Shown: positions 12,501 to 21,181 of the stretch, piece by piece
Position numbering within the stretch: the stretch's first letter is position 1
Layout: the number at the start of each line of letters is the position of its first letter
Origin: Burkholderiaceae bacterium
GTDB lineage: Bacteria > Pseudomonadota > Gammaproteobacteria > Burkholderiales > Burkholderiaceae_C
NCBI GenBank assembly: GCA_965218765.1
Contig: CBDCLU010000001.1
Span: forward strand, 24,842 to 88,841
Reading direction: 5' to 3'
DNA length: 64,000 bases
The notes under the pieces: generated by a model
Seen by the model: the letters and a program-made list of their open reading frames with translations, nothing else
What the model was told of the DNA's origin: nothing
Databases searched by the model: none
Made by a program: the position numbers and the translations under genes

Positions 12501-12654
12501 GTGTCTTGCCAGTGCGCTCGAGCACTTTGCGCAGTTCATCAAGCACCCAGGCCAGGGGGCCAAGGTCATGGGCAGCCTGGGCGGGCGGCGCGGTACGGGC
12601 GTCTTCGGTGAATTGCATCGGATGCATCCAGTCTTGCTTAAAGGCTTGGCTCAA
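6559..12654 (-). CDS. chpA: hybrid CheA-like histidine kinase/response regulator of the Pil-Chp system (multi-Hpt)
   Basis: 2031-aa ORF. Hpt motifs FHTLKGSSRMVG and LHTLKGSARLAG, plus a degenerate AHALGGSSSTVG. HATPase region (GRGIGMDVV, GQGTGFTL). CheW-like domain. C-terminal receiver (LVLVVDDSITVRR ... DIEMPRMDG ... KP). It sits directly downstream of pilGHIJ. Confidence 0.9.
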   Translation of the reverse strand: MSQAFKQDWMHPMQFTEDARTAPPAQAAHDLGPLAWVLDELRKVLERTGKTLHRSAREVQAAQAAGTDLLAIAAALQPLPLALQQSAGALEMVEMPAVAVLLRSLEATARELAVRPELCTQETAATVERAGAAIVEYLETTLAGKTMPAIGLFPQYREVAELGDGDKAHPADLWAFQWKWVNPGLARQPALGYDAAVRARMDQAVLSTVKNADAASAREISALSLQLAAAQTAAQPSIFWQVSAAFFEAFALGALPADLYVKRLASRLLMQYSVLARGDHEVPPVLLRDLLFYCAQAQTRGQDAPVLQSVRAAFGIDGQTPIDYERRHFGRFDAVLLAQVRKRIQAAAETWSAVAGGDVNRLRTAAEQFQQLSDTMVQMQPESAEFARVLTRVVADAQRAGRTPSPPLAMEVATSVLYLQAAYDDLDQDEIRLSERLAHLAERLQQVRSGGLPQPLEPWMEELYGRVSDRRTMGSVVAEMKASLAEAEKLLDQYFRDNNDIAVLPTAASQLSQMRGVLSVLGLDHATQTVVQMRDSIDRLAAPGAQTPEAAAAASEKLGNNLGALGFLIDMLGYQPALAKKLFAFDEARGELLPVMGRSAPAPEPSVEEIAPVQEPMAEAVGAVAAEPQEEAVDSELLEIFLEEVREVIDNGVAAIDMLATNPADAGEQASLRRAFHTLKGSSRMVGLMAFGNAAWSFEQLHNSWLAEQKSADAPLLQLSREALLGFGCWADAIAADDTAGWSALPFEASADALRQEGRLLALALPGSESVLPDALPMAVESEGLAAFEAEAALPEVAEPASIESIDVAAFDAAVEPTEAEPVLADEAIEFAEFDLSSTDAPVELAPMPEPAEIEAGATDEPVEAEALSMPAESIESIESIESIGLPEQPPEPTVAADEFAEAAIDVPDEANAEITAQTDAFFAQTDVEQPTAAEPIEIEATEPEPEPVDAIESIDSAELTEAIASIDAVESIDTAEPIDSFEPAPVAEQDAPIEFIDVDAFEPAYQDAPEPIEAGLPLQEQAPVEPESEQEPMVAEEASSAADDAVKTIGPLRVAIPLYNVYLGEADEWSRRLQTEISEWAMQPSQPVSDTAVSMAHALGGSSSTVGFVDLAMLSRKLERALGHLQIIGSVDPSHVQVCQDAALEIDRLLQQFAAGQLKTASVPLLQLLDELLQASNASVAPTLDTQAPTGDEQLLEIDALDDAQPSELPAPIEALPIDEQPAEQQPTTIARAPLAAPIDQGNNLQPTSVPVLALDDEIDLADVVDPDLFPIFEDEALELLPRLGGSLRQWVSEPTQLSARAEVLRVLHTLKGSARLAGALRLGELAHRMESLLEQHAGQTLQSAQLEPLLVGFDLLQGRFEQVRGAVQQDQPLAAVPAMAAPSERAVRRASITVPVAAAAQRLGSQSVRVRAQLLDRLVNQAGEIMMTRARLESRVSQLRDSLSDLTGNLDRLRQQLRDVELQAETQMQSRLAQSKDVGASFDPLEFDRFTRVQELTRMMAESVNDVATVQRSVQRSVEGAEDDLVAQARQSRELQRDLLRTRMVEFEGISERLYGVVRQASKDAGKQVKLDITGGSIEMDRGMLDRLAPAFEHLLRNAVAHGIESPQARTDAGKPAAGAITIDLRQSGNEVSVGFRDDGAGLDLQRIRQKAVERELPGSDQPISDAEAAQLIFTPGFSTASTVTELSGRGIGMDVVRSEVDALGGRIETDSKAGQGTGFTLVLPLTTAVTQVVMVRAGEQAIGVPSAVVELVRRVPAAEIEAAYASGTLAYGGEDIPFYWCGALLQSSVRSTEPMARTRPVLVIRSASQRLALHVDEVLGNQEVVVKNLGPQLARLPGLAGMSVLPSGTVALIYNPVALATVYGAQARQWVDDRAGGSALPSAEVSAALTLSRVEAAQQLAPLVLVVDDSITVRRVTQRLLQREGFRVALAADGLQAIERLADELPVMVLSDIEMPRMDGFDLARNIRGDVRTADLPIVMITSRIGDKHREHARELGVQHYLGKPYSEEELLRLTRHYAKLRLGAEVH
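10003..10038 (-). repeat. 9-bp tandem repeat x4 (gatcgactc) inside chpA, encoding ESIESIESIESI
   Basis: Four perfect head-to-tail copies can be read directly. They are embedded in a larger degenerate IESID/VESID repeat region. Confidence 0.9.
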
Positions 12655-12893
12655 TTTGCAGGCTTGCGGCGACCGGAAGACGGGCAGGGCTGCGCCGTGT
12701 CCGTGCCGCTTCCATGTAAGGCGGCACCGGCCGGCTGGCTGCTTGGTTCAGGTCAGATTCGCGAGCCGACTATCTTCGGGTTCTGCGATCGGGTCAGATC
12801 AGGTTTTCGGGCGGCAGCGGACAGTAAGGATCAACAGCGGTCAACAGCAGGGCATGAGGGCACGCGGGCTAACCCTCCTCCTAGCCGCGCGCA

Positions 12894-15185
12894 TCAGGCG
12901 ATCTTGAAGCGCGACACCGACTGGCGCAGCTCTTCGGCCATGCGCGAGAGTTCGCGCACCTGCTGTGCGGTCGAGCGCGTACCATCGGTGGTCTGTTCCG
13001 TCACGGTGAAGATCCGCTCGATGTTGCCAGCCGCGACGTTCGCAAGTTCGGCTTCGTGGAACGCTGCGCTTGAAATATCGCCAATCAACTCGGCCAGCCT
13101 GCGTGACACGCGGTCGATGTTGGACAGTGCGGAACCCGCGGTGTCGGACAGCCGGGCCCCTTCGACCACACCCTGCGTGGAACGCTCCATGGCGGCCACC
13201 GCGTCCTGCGTGTCGGTCTGAATCGCCTTCACGAGTGCCGCGATCTGGCGCGTGGCGTCGGCGGACCGTTCGGCCAGCCGCTGCACCTCCTCTGCCACCA
13301 CCGAGAAGCCGCGACCGGCTTCGCCGGCCGAGGCGGCCTGAATGGCGGCGTTCAGCGCAAGCACGTTGGTCTGTTCGGTGATGTCGGAAATCAGCTCGGT
13401 GATCTCGCCGATCTCCTGCGACGACTCGCCCAGGCGCTTGATCCGCTTGGAGGTGTCCTGGATCTGGTCGCGGATCGCGTTCATGCCGCCAATCGCGTTG
13501 TTCACCGCTTTCAGGCCCGAGTCGGCCGCTTCCAGCGACTGACGCGCCACTGCGGCCGATTCCTGCGCTTGCGTCGACACATCGTTGATGCGCGCCGCCA
13601 TGTCGAGCACCGACTGGCCGGTGTCGCGAATCTCGCGCAACTGCTCGGTCGAAGCCGACAGCAGTTCGGTCGACGTGCTGTCCACCTGCGAGGTGGTGTG
13701 CGCCACCCGGGTCGCTGTCTTCTGCACGTTGCCGACCAGCAGGCGCAACTCTTCCACCGTGTAGTTGACCGAGTCGGCAATCGCACCCGTGATGTCTTCG
13801 GTCACCGTCGCTTCATGCGTCAGGTCACCTTCGGCCACCGTCTGCAGCTCGTTCATCAAACGCAGAATGGCGGCCTGGTTTGCGTCATTCACGCGCTTGG
13901 CTTCCTGTTCCTGCTCGCCCGCTTGCGCCATCTGCGATTCCGCCGACTTCTGCCGCTGGCGGCTGTCGATCAGCTGGATGCGCACAAGGCCGGCCGCGCA
14001 AAGCAGCGCCACCAGTCCGGCGATCGCAAGCATCGCGATCCGGGCTGCATCCAGGCTGTTCTTCCCAGCAAGTTGCGATTGCAGGGCTTCCAGGCCGGTG
14101 CGCAACGGTTCGCTGTCTTCCACCACCGCGCTCTGCGCCTCACGTGCGCTGATCAGGCCCTGCATGTTGGTCAACACGCTGCGGCCCTTGGCTTCGACGT
14201 CTTGAAAGACCTTCAGCATCCCGCTCAGGTTTTCCTTGTTGCCCGCGTCGCGGGCGGCGCTTAGGCGCAATTCCTGGCTGCCGTTCAGCAGGCCCTCGGC
14301 GAGCTGACGAAATGCCGCCAGGTCCTTGCCGAGCAGGAACGCGGCTTCCGGGTTAATGCCTTCCAGGCTCTGGAATTCATTGGCCGACTTGCCGATGCGC
14401 TGGGTCAGCATCACCAGCTGCGAGGATGCAGCCACTTCGGCGGCCGGCGCGTTCTGCTGCAGCTTGGCGGCAGCCACCGACTCGGCCAGCTCCAGCAGTT
14501 CGGTCGATGCGCCGTTGACGGCGCGCAGCGATGAACTCACTTGGGTCAGCGCAGGCTGCTGCTGCAGGATCACTTTCGCATTCGCATCGGCGCGCTGCAC
14601 GAGCGGCTCGACCTTCTCCAACAGCGGCAAGTCCTTCGCCGTCAATGCAACCGTTCCGGTACTTGCATCCCCGCCACGCAGCGCCTGCGTGCTGGACAAG
14701 AGCACGGCAGAACTGCTCTGCACTTCGGGAAACGCTTGGTTGTTGCCGATCAGCGCCTGCGTTGCCGACTTGGCAAGCCGCTGCGCCTGCATCTGCGCAT
14801 TGCCGGTAAGCGCGAGGTGGTCGGCCAGGTGTTCGCCGTCGCGCAGCGACACACCGGCTACCGCCACCAGCGCGAGCAGCGACAGCGCCAGGGCGCCACC
14901 CAGCAGTTTCTGGTGGCTGCCGATGTCGCGCCGGCCCAGCAGCGGCAGGGTCACCGCGTCCCCACCGGCATCCGCTGCGGGCGCTTCCGCGGCGGCGGCC
15001 GCAGCCGGATCGCCATGAATCTCGGTGAGCGGCTCCATTACCGACAAGTCTTCGCGCGGTTGTACGCCCGAGTCCTCGAAGCGTGAGTCGCGGGCCCGGG
15101 ACAGTCGGGCGCCACCACCCTCATCGGCTGCTGCTGCCATGAGCTTTTTGATGCCGAGCAATCGGCCGAAGTGAACAACGTACAT
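12894..15185 (-). CDS. pilJ: methyl-accepting chemotaxis protein of the Pil-Chp system
   Basis: MCP signalling domain EQTNVLALNAAIQAASAGEAGRGFSVVAEEVQRLAERS, with TM segments and a HAMP-like region. The start is set at ATG 15185 (GAGG 6 nt upstream), which avoids overlap with pilI. The ORF track extends it to 15272. Confidence 0.88.
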   Translation of the reverse strand: MYVVHFGRLLGIKKLMAAAADEGGGARLSRARDSRFEDSGVQPREDLSVMEPLTEIHGDPAAAAAAEAPAADAGGDAVTLPLLGRRDIGSHQKLLGGALALSLLALVAVAGVSLRDGEHLADHLALTGNAQMQAQRLAKSATQALIGNNQAFPEVQSSSAVLLSSTQALRGGDASTGTVALTAKDLPLLEKVEPLVQRADANAKVILQQQPALTQVSSSLRAVNGASTELLELAESVAAAKLQQNAPAAEVAASSQLVMLTQRIGKSANEFQSLEGINPEAAFLLGKDLAAFRQLAEGLLNGSQELRLSAARDAGNKENLSGMLKVFQDVEAKGRSVLTNMQGLISAREAQSAVVEDSEPLRTGLEALQSQLAGKNSLDAARIAMLAIAGLVALLCAAGLVRIQLIDSRQRQKSAESQMAQAGEQEQEAKRVNDANQAAILRLMNELQTVAEGDLTHEATVTEDITGAIADSVNYTVEELRLLVGNVQKTATRVAHTTSQVDSTSTELLSASTEQLREIRDTGQSVLDMAARINDVSTQAQESAAVARQSLEAADSGLKAVNNAIGGMNAIRDQIQDTSKRIKRLGESSQEIGEITELISDITEQTNVLALNAAIQAASAGEAGRGFSVVAEEVQRLAERSADATRQIAALVKAIQTDTQDAVAAMERSTQGVVEGARLSDTAGSALSNIDRVSRRLAELIGDISSAAFHEAELANVAAGNIERIFTVTEQTTDGTRSTAQQVRELSRMAEELRQSVSRFKIA

Positions 15186-15208
15186 ATGCAACCTCGAAGG
15201 TGAAAGCG

Positions 15209-15745
15209 CTATGCGCCAATTTCCAGAAACCGGGGCGAATGGACCATCGATTGCAGGTTCAGCTCCTGCCAATGGACGTCATCCGCATCTACATACTGAT
15301 GACCGAAATAGTCAGGCGAGCCTTGCGGGGCATCCTGCGACGCCTGGAACGAATCGACGCCGCGCAGGCCGGCAAGCCGGTCGATCAGCACAGCGCAGTT
15401 GACGTCCAGCGCCGCATTCAAGGTCACCATGCGCGCATTGGTCACGCTCGACTCGGTTGCTGCAGCCGGTGCGCCGCCGCCATCACCGACAAAGCGGGCC
15501 AGGTCGATCACGCCGAACAGGCCGCCACGCAAATTCGCAACGCCGATGAACCAGTCGTGCGCGTAAGGCACCGGCTGGACCGGCGCCCGCGCGAAGATCT
15601 CGTCGGCTTGCGTCAACGGAAACAGATAGTGGGATGCGCCGGACTCCACGGCCAGCCAGGAGACGGACTGCTCCTGATCACGCGCCGCCTGCAACCTTGT
15701 TGCCAAGCGGGTCTGGAGTTCGCGCAGGGCGATACGGTTGGCCAC
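15209..15745 (-). CDS. pilI: CheW-like coupling protein
   Basis: 178-aa ORF with CheW-like core (LFPLTQADEI, IGVANLRGGLFGVIDL), positioned between pilH and pilJ. Confidence 0.8.
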   Translation of the reverse strand: MANRIALRELQTRLATRLQAARDQEQSVSWLAVESGASHYLFPLTQADEIFARAPVQPVPYAHDWFIGVANLRGGLFGVIDLARFVGDGGGAPAAATESSVTNARMVTLNAALDVNCAVLIDRLAGLRGVDSFQASQDAPQGSPDYFGHQYVDADDVHWQELNLQSMVHSPRFLEIGA

Positions 15746-15770
15746 GGTCGCACTCGCTGATACAGAAGGG

Positions 15771-16136
15771 TCAGGTCAGCGCCGCGATCTTGGCGCGCAA
15801 CTCGACTGCATCGACCGGCTTCGTGATGTAGTCGCGTGCGCCCTGGCGCAGGCCCCAGACGCGGTCGGTCTCTTCGCTCTTGCTGGTGCACATGATGATC
15901 GGCACGTCGGCGTAGGCCGGCTCACGCGAAATCGCGCGGGTGAGCTGAAAACCGTTCTTGCCCGGCATCACGACGTCCATCAGGATCAGGTCCGGCTTTT
16001 CCTCCGACAGCTGACGCATCGCCTCTTCAGCGCCCTGGGCGGTGCGCACCTGCATGCCGTCGTGCTGCAGCAGGGTCGTCATGTGCATCAACTCCGTCTT
16101 GGAGTCGTCCACCACCAATACTTTGCGAATCGTCAT
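15771..16136 (-). CDS. pilH: single-domain response regulator
   Basis: 121-aa receiver (VLVVDDSKTE, DLILMDVVMPGKNG, CTSK). The pilG stop overlaps its start. Confidence 0.85.
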   Translation of the reverse strand: MTIRKVLVVDDSKTELMHMTTLLQHDGMQVRTAQGAEEAMRQLSEEKPDLILMDVVMPGKNGFQLTRAISREPAYADVPIIMCTSKSEETDRVWGLRQGARDYITKPVDAVELRAKIAALT

Positions 16137-16534
16137 GCCGGAGCTCCCAGCGCGAGCGCGCCGAATTGTTGTACTGCTTCAAGCAGCTGGTCTTTGGTGA
16201 AGGGTTTGGTCAGGTATTCCTGACAGCCGACCATGCGGCCGCGGGCCCGGTCGAACACGCCGTCCTTGGAGGACAGCATGATCACTGGCGTCATTGCAAA
16301 ACGCGGGTTGCGTTTGATGATCGCGCAGGTCTGGTAGCCGTCCAGCCGCGGCATCAGGATGTCGCAGAAGATCAGGTCGGGCTGCCAGTCGTTCACCTTG
16401 GCGAGCGCATCAAAGCCGTCCTCGGCCAGCAGCACGCTGTGGCCGCCCTTGGCCAGGAAAATCTCGGCACTGCGCCGGATGGTGTTACTGTCGTCCACCA
16501 CCAGCACCTTGAATGTGGATGCGTTCATGTTCAT
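16133..16534 (-). CDS. pilG: single-domain response regulator
   Basis: 133-aa receiver (VLVVDDSNTIRR, DLIFCDILMPRLDG, LSSKDG). It is the first regulator gene of the pilGHIJ-chpA order. Confidence 0.85.
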   Translation of the reverse strand: MNMNASTFKVLVVDDSNTIRRSAEIFLAKGGHSVLLAEDGFDALAKVNDWQPDLIFCDILMPRLDGYQTCAIIKRNPRFAMTPVIMLSSKDGVFDRARGRMVGCQEYLTKPFTKDQLLEAVQQFGALALGAPA

Positions 16535-16635
16535 GTGGTCAATGCTCTCCGAGGTGGCCAGTGGCGTCTATTGATTAATTCACGCGCGCCGGTATTGAAT
16601 TTAAAAAAGACCTGTTTTCAATTCCTGCGAGAACT

Positions 16636-16809
16636 TCAGATCTGGATCATTTCAAAATCTTCCTTGCGCGCGCCGCACTCGGGGCAGGTCCAGTTCATGG
16701 GCACGTCCGCCCAGCGCGTGCCAGGTGCGATGCCGTGTTCCGGCGAACCGGTGGCCTCGTCATAGATCCAGCCGCAAATCAGACACATCCAGGTCGTTGT
16801 TTCAGTCAC
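16636..16809 (-). CDS. rubredoxin (57 aa; below the ORF-track cut-off)
   Basis: My own translation of the minus strand gives VTETTTWMCLICGWIYDEATGSPEHGIAPGTRWADVPMNWTCPECGARKEDFEMIQI*. It has two CxxC pairs (CLIC, CPEC) and the rubredoxin core WxCxxCGxxYDE ... DWxCPxCG. The start is GTG 16809 or ATG 16788. Confidence 0.85.
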   Translation of the reverse strand: MTETTTWMCLICGWIYDEATGSPEHGIAPGTRWADVPMNWTCPECGARKEDFEMIQI

Positions 16810-16912
16810 GTATTAGCTCAGCCGAAATAGTTGAAAGGCACGAAATGATTGTATCGACGCATACTGTTTTGAAGCCTTCGGACATGCGACGGAATGCGCA
16901 CTTCGGCGCGCC

Positions 16913-17869
16913 ATGAGCGGCGTCGAAATGCCGTCTGATACGGCCGATGTGGAAGGCGTCACGGACGACACCCGGCCGGCCTGCGTGATGGTGTTCAACA
17001 GCAACGATCCGTCCGGTGCCGGCGGCCTGGCGGCCGACGTAACCGCAGTCGCCTCGGTCGGCGCGCACGCGCTGCCGGTGGTCACCGGAAGCTATCTGCG
17101 CGACACCGCGCAGGTGTTCGACCATGTCGCGTTCGATGACGACTGTGTGAGCGAACAGGCGCGCGGCGTGCTCGAAGACATCACGGTGCAGGTGATCAAG
17201 GTCGGCTTTGCGGGCTCGCTCGACAACCTGGGCGCAATCGCCTCACTGGCCGGTGACTACAACCAGCTGCCGGTGATCGCTTACATGCCCGACCTGTCTT
17301 GGTGGGAGCAGTCGCAGATCGAGCTTTATCACGATGCGTTTCAGGAACTGCTGCTGCCGCTGACCACCGTGCTGGTGGGCAACCACAGCACGCTGTGGCG
17401 CTGGCTGCTGGCCGACTGGGAGGGCGACGCGGCGCCGACCGCGCGCGACATCGCGAAGGCCGCCGCCGAGCACGGCGTGCCCTACACGCTCGTGACCGGC
17501 ATCGCGCTGCCCGGCCAGCATGTGGACAACGTGCTCGCATCGCCGCAGGCGGTGCTTGCAAGCGAAAAGTTCGAGCTGTTCGATGGCAGCTTCGCCGGTG
17601 CCGGCGATACGCTGTCGGGCGCGTTGGCTGCGCTGCTGGCCAGCGGCAGCGACCTGACCACCGCGTTCAGCGAAGCGCTGCATTACCTCGATCGCAGCCT
17701 GGACGGCGGCTTTCGGCCCGGCATGGGGCACATCCTGCCCGATCGCCTGTTCTGGGCCCAGCCCGACGATGACGATGATGCGGATGAAGCCGACGCGGCC
17801 GATGCGCCGCCCGACCCGGCGGCCGTGATCGAAGCGATGGCGCTGCCGCCGCACGACACCAAACACTGA
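16913..17869 (+). CDS. ThiD-like (PfkB-fold) hydroxymethylpyrimidine/phosphomethylpyrimidine kinase family protein with acidic C-terminal tail
   Basis: [14 protein letters not shown] near the N-terminus and the [17 protein letters not shown] anion-hole motif. Adjacent to hemL. The C-terminus is [17 protein letters not shown]. Confidence 0.6.
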   Translation: MSGVEMPSDTADVEGVTDDTRPACVMVFNSNDPSGAGGLAADVTAVASVGAHALPVVTGSYLRDTAQVFDHVAFDDDCVSEQARGVLEDITVQVIKVGFAGSLDNLGAIASLAGDYNQLPVIAYMPDLSWWEQSQIELYHDAFQELLLPLTTVLVGNHSTLWRWLLADWEGDAAPTARDIAKAAAEHGVPYTLVTGIALPGQHVDNVLASPQAVLASEKFELFDGSFAGAGDTLSGALAALLASGSDLTTAFSEALHYLDRSLDGGFRPGMGHILPDRLFWAQPDDDDDADEADAADAPPDPAAVIEAMALPPHDTKH

Positions 17870-17913
17870 AAGCTCCACCGTTCAACCGATTCGCTTGGCC
17901 GACCCATCCATTC

Positions 17914-19218
17914 ATGACCTCCCCCGCCGCCACCAATTCAGCCTTGTTCGAGCGTGCCGCGCGCGTGATTCCCGGCGGCGTCAACTCCCCGGTGCGCGCG
18001 TTTCGCGCAGTCGGTGGCATACCCCGCTTCGTGACGCATGCGCAGGGTCCGCATTTCTGGGATGCGGAAGGCCGGCGCTACATCGACTACATCGGCTCGT
18101 GGGGCCCGATGATCCTGGGCCACGGCCACCCGGCCGTACTGGAAGCCGTGGAGCACGCGCTGCGCGAGGGCTTCTCGTTCGGCGCGCCAACCGAGCGTGA
18201 GATCGAACTGGCCGAAGCGCTGATCGAATGCGTGCCGAGCATGCAGATGGTGCGGCTGGTCAGCTCCGGCACCGAAGCCGGCATGAGCGCGATCCGGCTC
18301 GCGCGTGGCGCCACCGGCCGCAACAAGATCATCAAGTTCGAAGGCTGCTACCACGGCCACGCAGACGCGCTGCTGGTGAAGGCCGGCTCGGGTCTGGCGA
18401 CGTTTCGCAACCCGACCTCGGCCGGCGTGCCCGCGGTGGTGGTGCAGGACACCCTGGTACTCGAGTACAACAACGTCGAACAGCTCGATCAGGTGTTTGC
18501 CGAACAGGGCGGCGAGATCGCCGCACTGGCGATCGAGCCGATCGCAGGCAATATGAATTTCGTGCGCGCATCGGTGCCGTTCATGCGGCGCTGCCGCGAG
18601 CTGTGCGACCAGCACGGCGCGCTGTTGTTGCTCGACGAGGTGATGACCGGCTTGCGGGTCGGCCGCGGCAGCGCGCAGGGGCTGTACGCGCAGGCGATCC
18701 CCGGCTTCGAGCCCGACATCACGATGCTCGGCAAGGTGATCGGCGGCGGCATGCCGCTGGCTGCGTTCGGCGGCAAGCGCGCGGTGATGGAGCAGCTCGC
18801 ACCGCTCGGACCCGTCTATCAGGCCGGCACTCTGTCAGGCAACCCGGTGGCGACCGCGTGCGGGCTGGCCACCCTGCGCGAAGTACGCAAGCCCGGCTTC
18901 TACGATAGGCTGGCGGCGCGCACGCGGTCGCTGGTGGAGGGTTTAAGCGCGGCGGCCCACAGGCACGGCGTCCCGTTCAGCGCCGACAGCGAAGGCGGCA
19001 TGTTCGGATTCTTCCTGCTCGATGCGTTGCCGCATGACTATGCGGGCGTGATGAAAAGCGATGGCGCGCGCTTCAACCGGCTGTTCCACGGCTTGCTCGA
19101 TCGCGGCATATACATCGCGCCGGCGTTGTATGAAGCCGGCTTTGTCAGCGCGGCGCATGGCGAGCAGGAGATCGCGCAGACGATCGCAGCGGCCGACGAG
19201 GTGTTCGCTTCGCTTTGA
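17914..19218 (+). CDS. hemL: glutamate-1-semialdehyde 2,1-aminomutase
   Basis: 434 aa. Motifs [19 protein letters not shown] and [15 protein letters not shown] (PLP-Lys region). Confidence 0.93.
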   Translation: MTSPAATNSALFERAARVIPGGVNSPVRAFRAVGGIPRFVTHAQGPHFWDAEGRRYIDYIGSWGPMILGHGHPAVLEAVEHALREGFSFGAPTEREIELAEALIECVPSMQMVRLVSSGTEAGMSAIRLARGATGRNKIIKFEGCYHGHADALLVKAGSGLATFRNPTSAGVPAVVVQDTLVLEYNNVEQLDQVFAEQGGEIAALAIEPIAGNMNFVRASVPFMRRCRELCDQHGALLLLDEVMTGLRVGRGSAQGLYAQAIPGFEPDITMLGKVIGGGMPLAAFGGKRAVMEQLAPLGPVYQAGTLSGNPVATACGLATLREVRKPGFYDRLAARTRSLVEGLSAAAHRHGVPFSADSEGGMFGFFLLDALPHDYAGVMKSDGARFNRLFHGLLDRGIYIAPALYEAGFVSAAHGEQEIAQTIAAADEVFASL

Positions 19219-19245
19219 GCATGCGCGGCCGACCGCCTCAGGCCA

Positions 19246-20046
19246 TCAAACGCGCTGGCCTGACGATTTCGCTGCCAACGCATCGAGCGGCCGCAGCGCA
19301 TAGCCGCGGCGCGTCAGCTCATCGTGCAGGTGCGCCGCGGTTGCGACCGCTTCCGGCCCGTCCCCATGCACGCAGATGCTGCCGATCGGCGTCGCCAGCT
19401 TGTTGCCGGTCACCGAGATCAACGCCTGCGCATCCAGCATCGCCTGGATGTGCGCGAACGACGCCTGCGCGCCGTGCACCATCGCATCCGGGCGGCTGCG
19501 CGGCACGAGCTGGCCGTCGTCCAGATAGGCGCGGTCGGCAAAGATTTCATCGACCACCGGCAACCCGGCAGCGCGGCCTTGCATCGCAAGCTCGGACAGC
19601 GCCGGGGCCAGCAGGATCAGCCCGGCATCGAACGCGGCGACCGCTCGCACCACGGTGCGTGCGAGCGCTGCATCGGCGCACGCCATGTTGCTCAACGCGC
19701 CATGAATTTTCACGTGGCCAATGCGCATCCCTTCGCTCCTGGCCATGCCGTCCAGCGCCGCGATCTGGTAGATCAGCGCGGCGTCGAGTTCATCGGGCTT
19801 CATCTGCATGGGCCGCCGCCCGAACCCCTGCAGGTCCGGGAACGACGGGTGTGCGCCGACGCTGACGCCGGCCGCCTTCGCCAGCCGCAAGGTGTTGCGC
19901 ATCACGAGCGGATCGCCCGCATGAAAACCGCAGGCGATGTTGGCCGAGTCGATCGATCGCATCAGTTGCGCGTCCGACCCCATGCTCCAGGCGCCGAAGC
20001 TCTCGCCGAGGTCGGCGTTCAGGTTGATGGTGGGTGGCTGGTTCAT
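19246..20046 (-). CDS. pxpA: 5-oxoprolinase subunit A (LamB/YcsF family)
   Basis: 266 aa. N-terminal INLNADLGESFG motif, then ACGFHAGDP. Adjacent to pxpB/C-type genes. Confidence 0.85.
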   Translation of the reverse strand: MNQPPTINLNADLGESFGAWSMGSDAQLMRSIDSANIACGFHAGDPLVMRNTLRLAKAAGVSVGAHPSFPDLQGFGRRPMQMKPDELDAALIYQIAALDGMARSEGMRIGHVKIHGALSNMACADAALARTVVRAVAAFDAGLILLAPALSELAMQGRAAGLPVVDEIFADRAYLDDGQLVPRSRPDAMVHGAQASFAHIQAMLDAQALISVTGNKLATPIGSICVHGDGPEAVATAAHLHDELTRRGYALRPLDALAAKSSGQRV

Positions 20047-20086
20047 GGCTGGGCTTTAGTATGGCGTCATGCATGTGGTGGGCCGG

Positions 20087-21181
20087 TCATTCAGCGGCGT
20101 CGTCGCGCACCATGCCGCTGACCAGGTTGCAGCGATACAGCGCGGACTCGTCCAGGCTGCCTTCAGGCTGGAACGATTGAATCGCCGCGCACCAGTCGGC
20201 AATGCGCTTGGCGAGCCGCTCGCGCGCGACCCCGGCTTGCTGCGTGGTGACCTGGGCAAACCGCACGCCGGCACCCGGCCGCACGTGCGCGAGCCGCGGC
20301 AGGTCGGCGCGTTGCACGGTCGCGATCTTCGGATAGCCGCCCACCGTCTGGCAATCGGCCAGCAGCACGATCGGCTGGCCGTCGGCCGGCACCTGGATCG
20401 CGCCGGGGGTGACGCCGTCGGATGCAATGTCCGGCCCGAGCGCGCTGTGCGCGAGCGGCTCGCCCGACAGCCGCAGACCCATGCGGTCGCTGTCGCGCTG
20501 CGCGGTGTACGGCGTGCCGAACAGCGCGTCGAATGCGGCCGGCGAGAAATGGTCGTCCTGCGGCCCGGGCAGCACGCCGATCGGCCCGCCGGCATGCACG
20601 AATGCACTGGCGCCGCGCCGCTCCATCTGCTCGGCGTCCGGCACCGAACCGCAGATTAGCAGGTCGCCGCTGCGCAGCGCGCGGCCCTCGACCCCGCCGA
20701 GCGACGCACGCGCATAGGTGGAGCGGCTGTCCAGCACCGGCAGCACCTGCACGCCGCCGCTGACGCCGATGTAGGCCAGCGCGAGCGCAGTGCCGTCGCC
20801 CGGTTCGGCAGGCTTGGGCGCTGCTACCGCACCGACCTGGATCTGGTCGCCGGCCGCGAGCGTGGCGGTGCTATAGGCTTCGACTGCCTGCGTGCTGCCG
20901 TCTGCGCGCTGCACCTTCGCACCCACCGGACCGGCCAGTGCGAAGCGCACGCGGCCGGAACGCACCGCCAATGTCGGCCCCTGCAGCAGCACTTCGAACG
21001 CGGCGGCATCCGCCTGACGATCCCCGCCGGCCAGCGCGTTTGCGATCGCGAGCAACGCGGGATCGAGCGCGCCGGACACCGGCACACCCAGGCGCCGCCA
21101 GCCGAAGCGGCCGCGGTCCTGCAGCGCGACCGCGAGTCCCGGCTTGACGATTTCGATCTGCGCACCCATCTGCGCGCTCAT
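20087..21181 (-). CDS. pxpC: 5-oxoprolinase subunit C / allophanate hydrolase subunit 2-type carboxyltransferase
   Basis: Start ATG 21181 (MSAQMGAQIEIVKPG) overlaps the pxpB stop (ATGA). GGYPKIATVQRADLPRLAHVRPG motif. The ORF-track 573-aa version is an upstream read-through. Confidence 0.82.
   Translation of the reverse strand: MSAQMGAQIEIVKPGLAVALQDRGRFGWRRLGVPVSGALDPALLAIANALAGGDRQADAAAFEVLLQGPTLAVRSGRVRFALAGPVGAKVQRADGSTQAVEAYSTATLAAGDQIQVGAVAAPKPAEPGDGTALALAYIGVSGGVQVLPVLDSRSTYARASLGGVEGRALRSGDLLICGSVPDAEQMERRGASAFVHAGGPIGVLPGPQDDHFSPAAFDALFGTPYTAQRDSDRMGLRLSGEPLAHSALGPDIASDGVTPGAIQVPADGQPIVLLADCQTVGGYPKIATVQRADLPRLAHVRPGAGVRFAQVTTQQAGVARERLAKRIADWCAAIQSFQPEGSLDESALYRCNLVSGMVRDDAAE

Noticed and set aside
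12655-12893. A hidden pilK/cheR-like or small gene between pilJ and chpA.
   Set aside because: Neither strand has an ORF of meaningful length and no motif is visible. I treat it as an intergenic spacer (see the Pil-Chp finding).
16810-16912. A TPP riboswitch upstream of the thiD-like gene.
   Set aside because: The conserved CUGAGA ... ACCUGAUCUGGAUAAUGCCAGCG-type elements are absent from the 103-nt leader.
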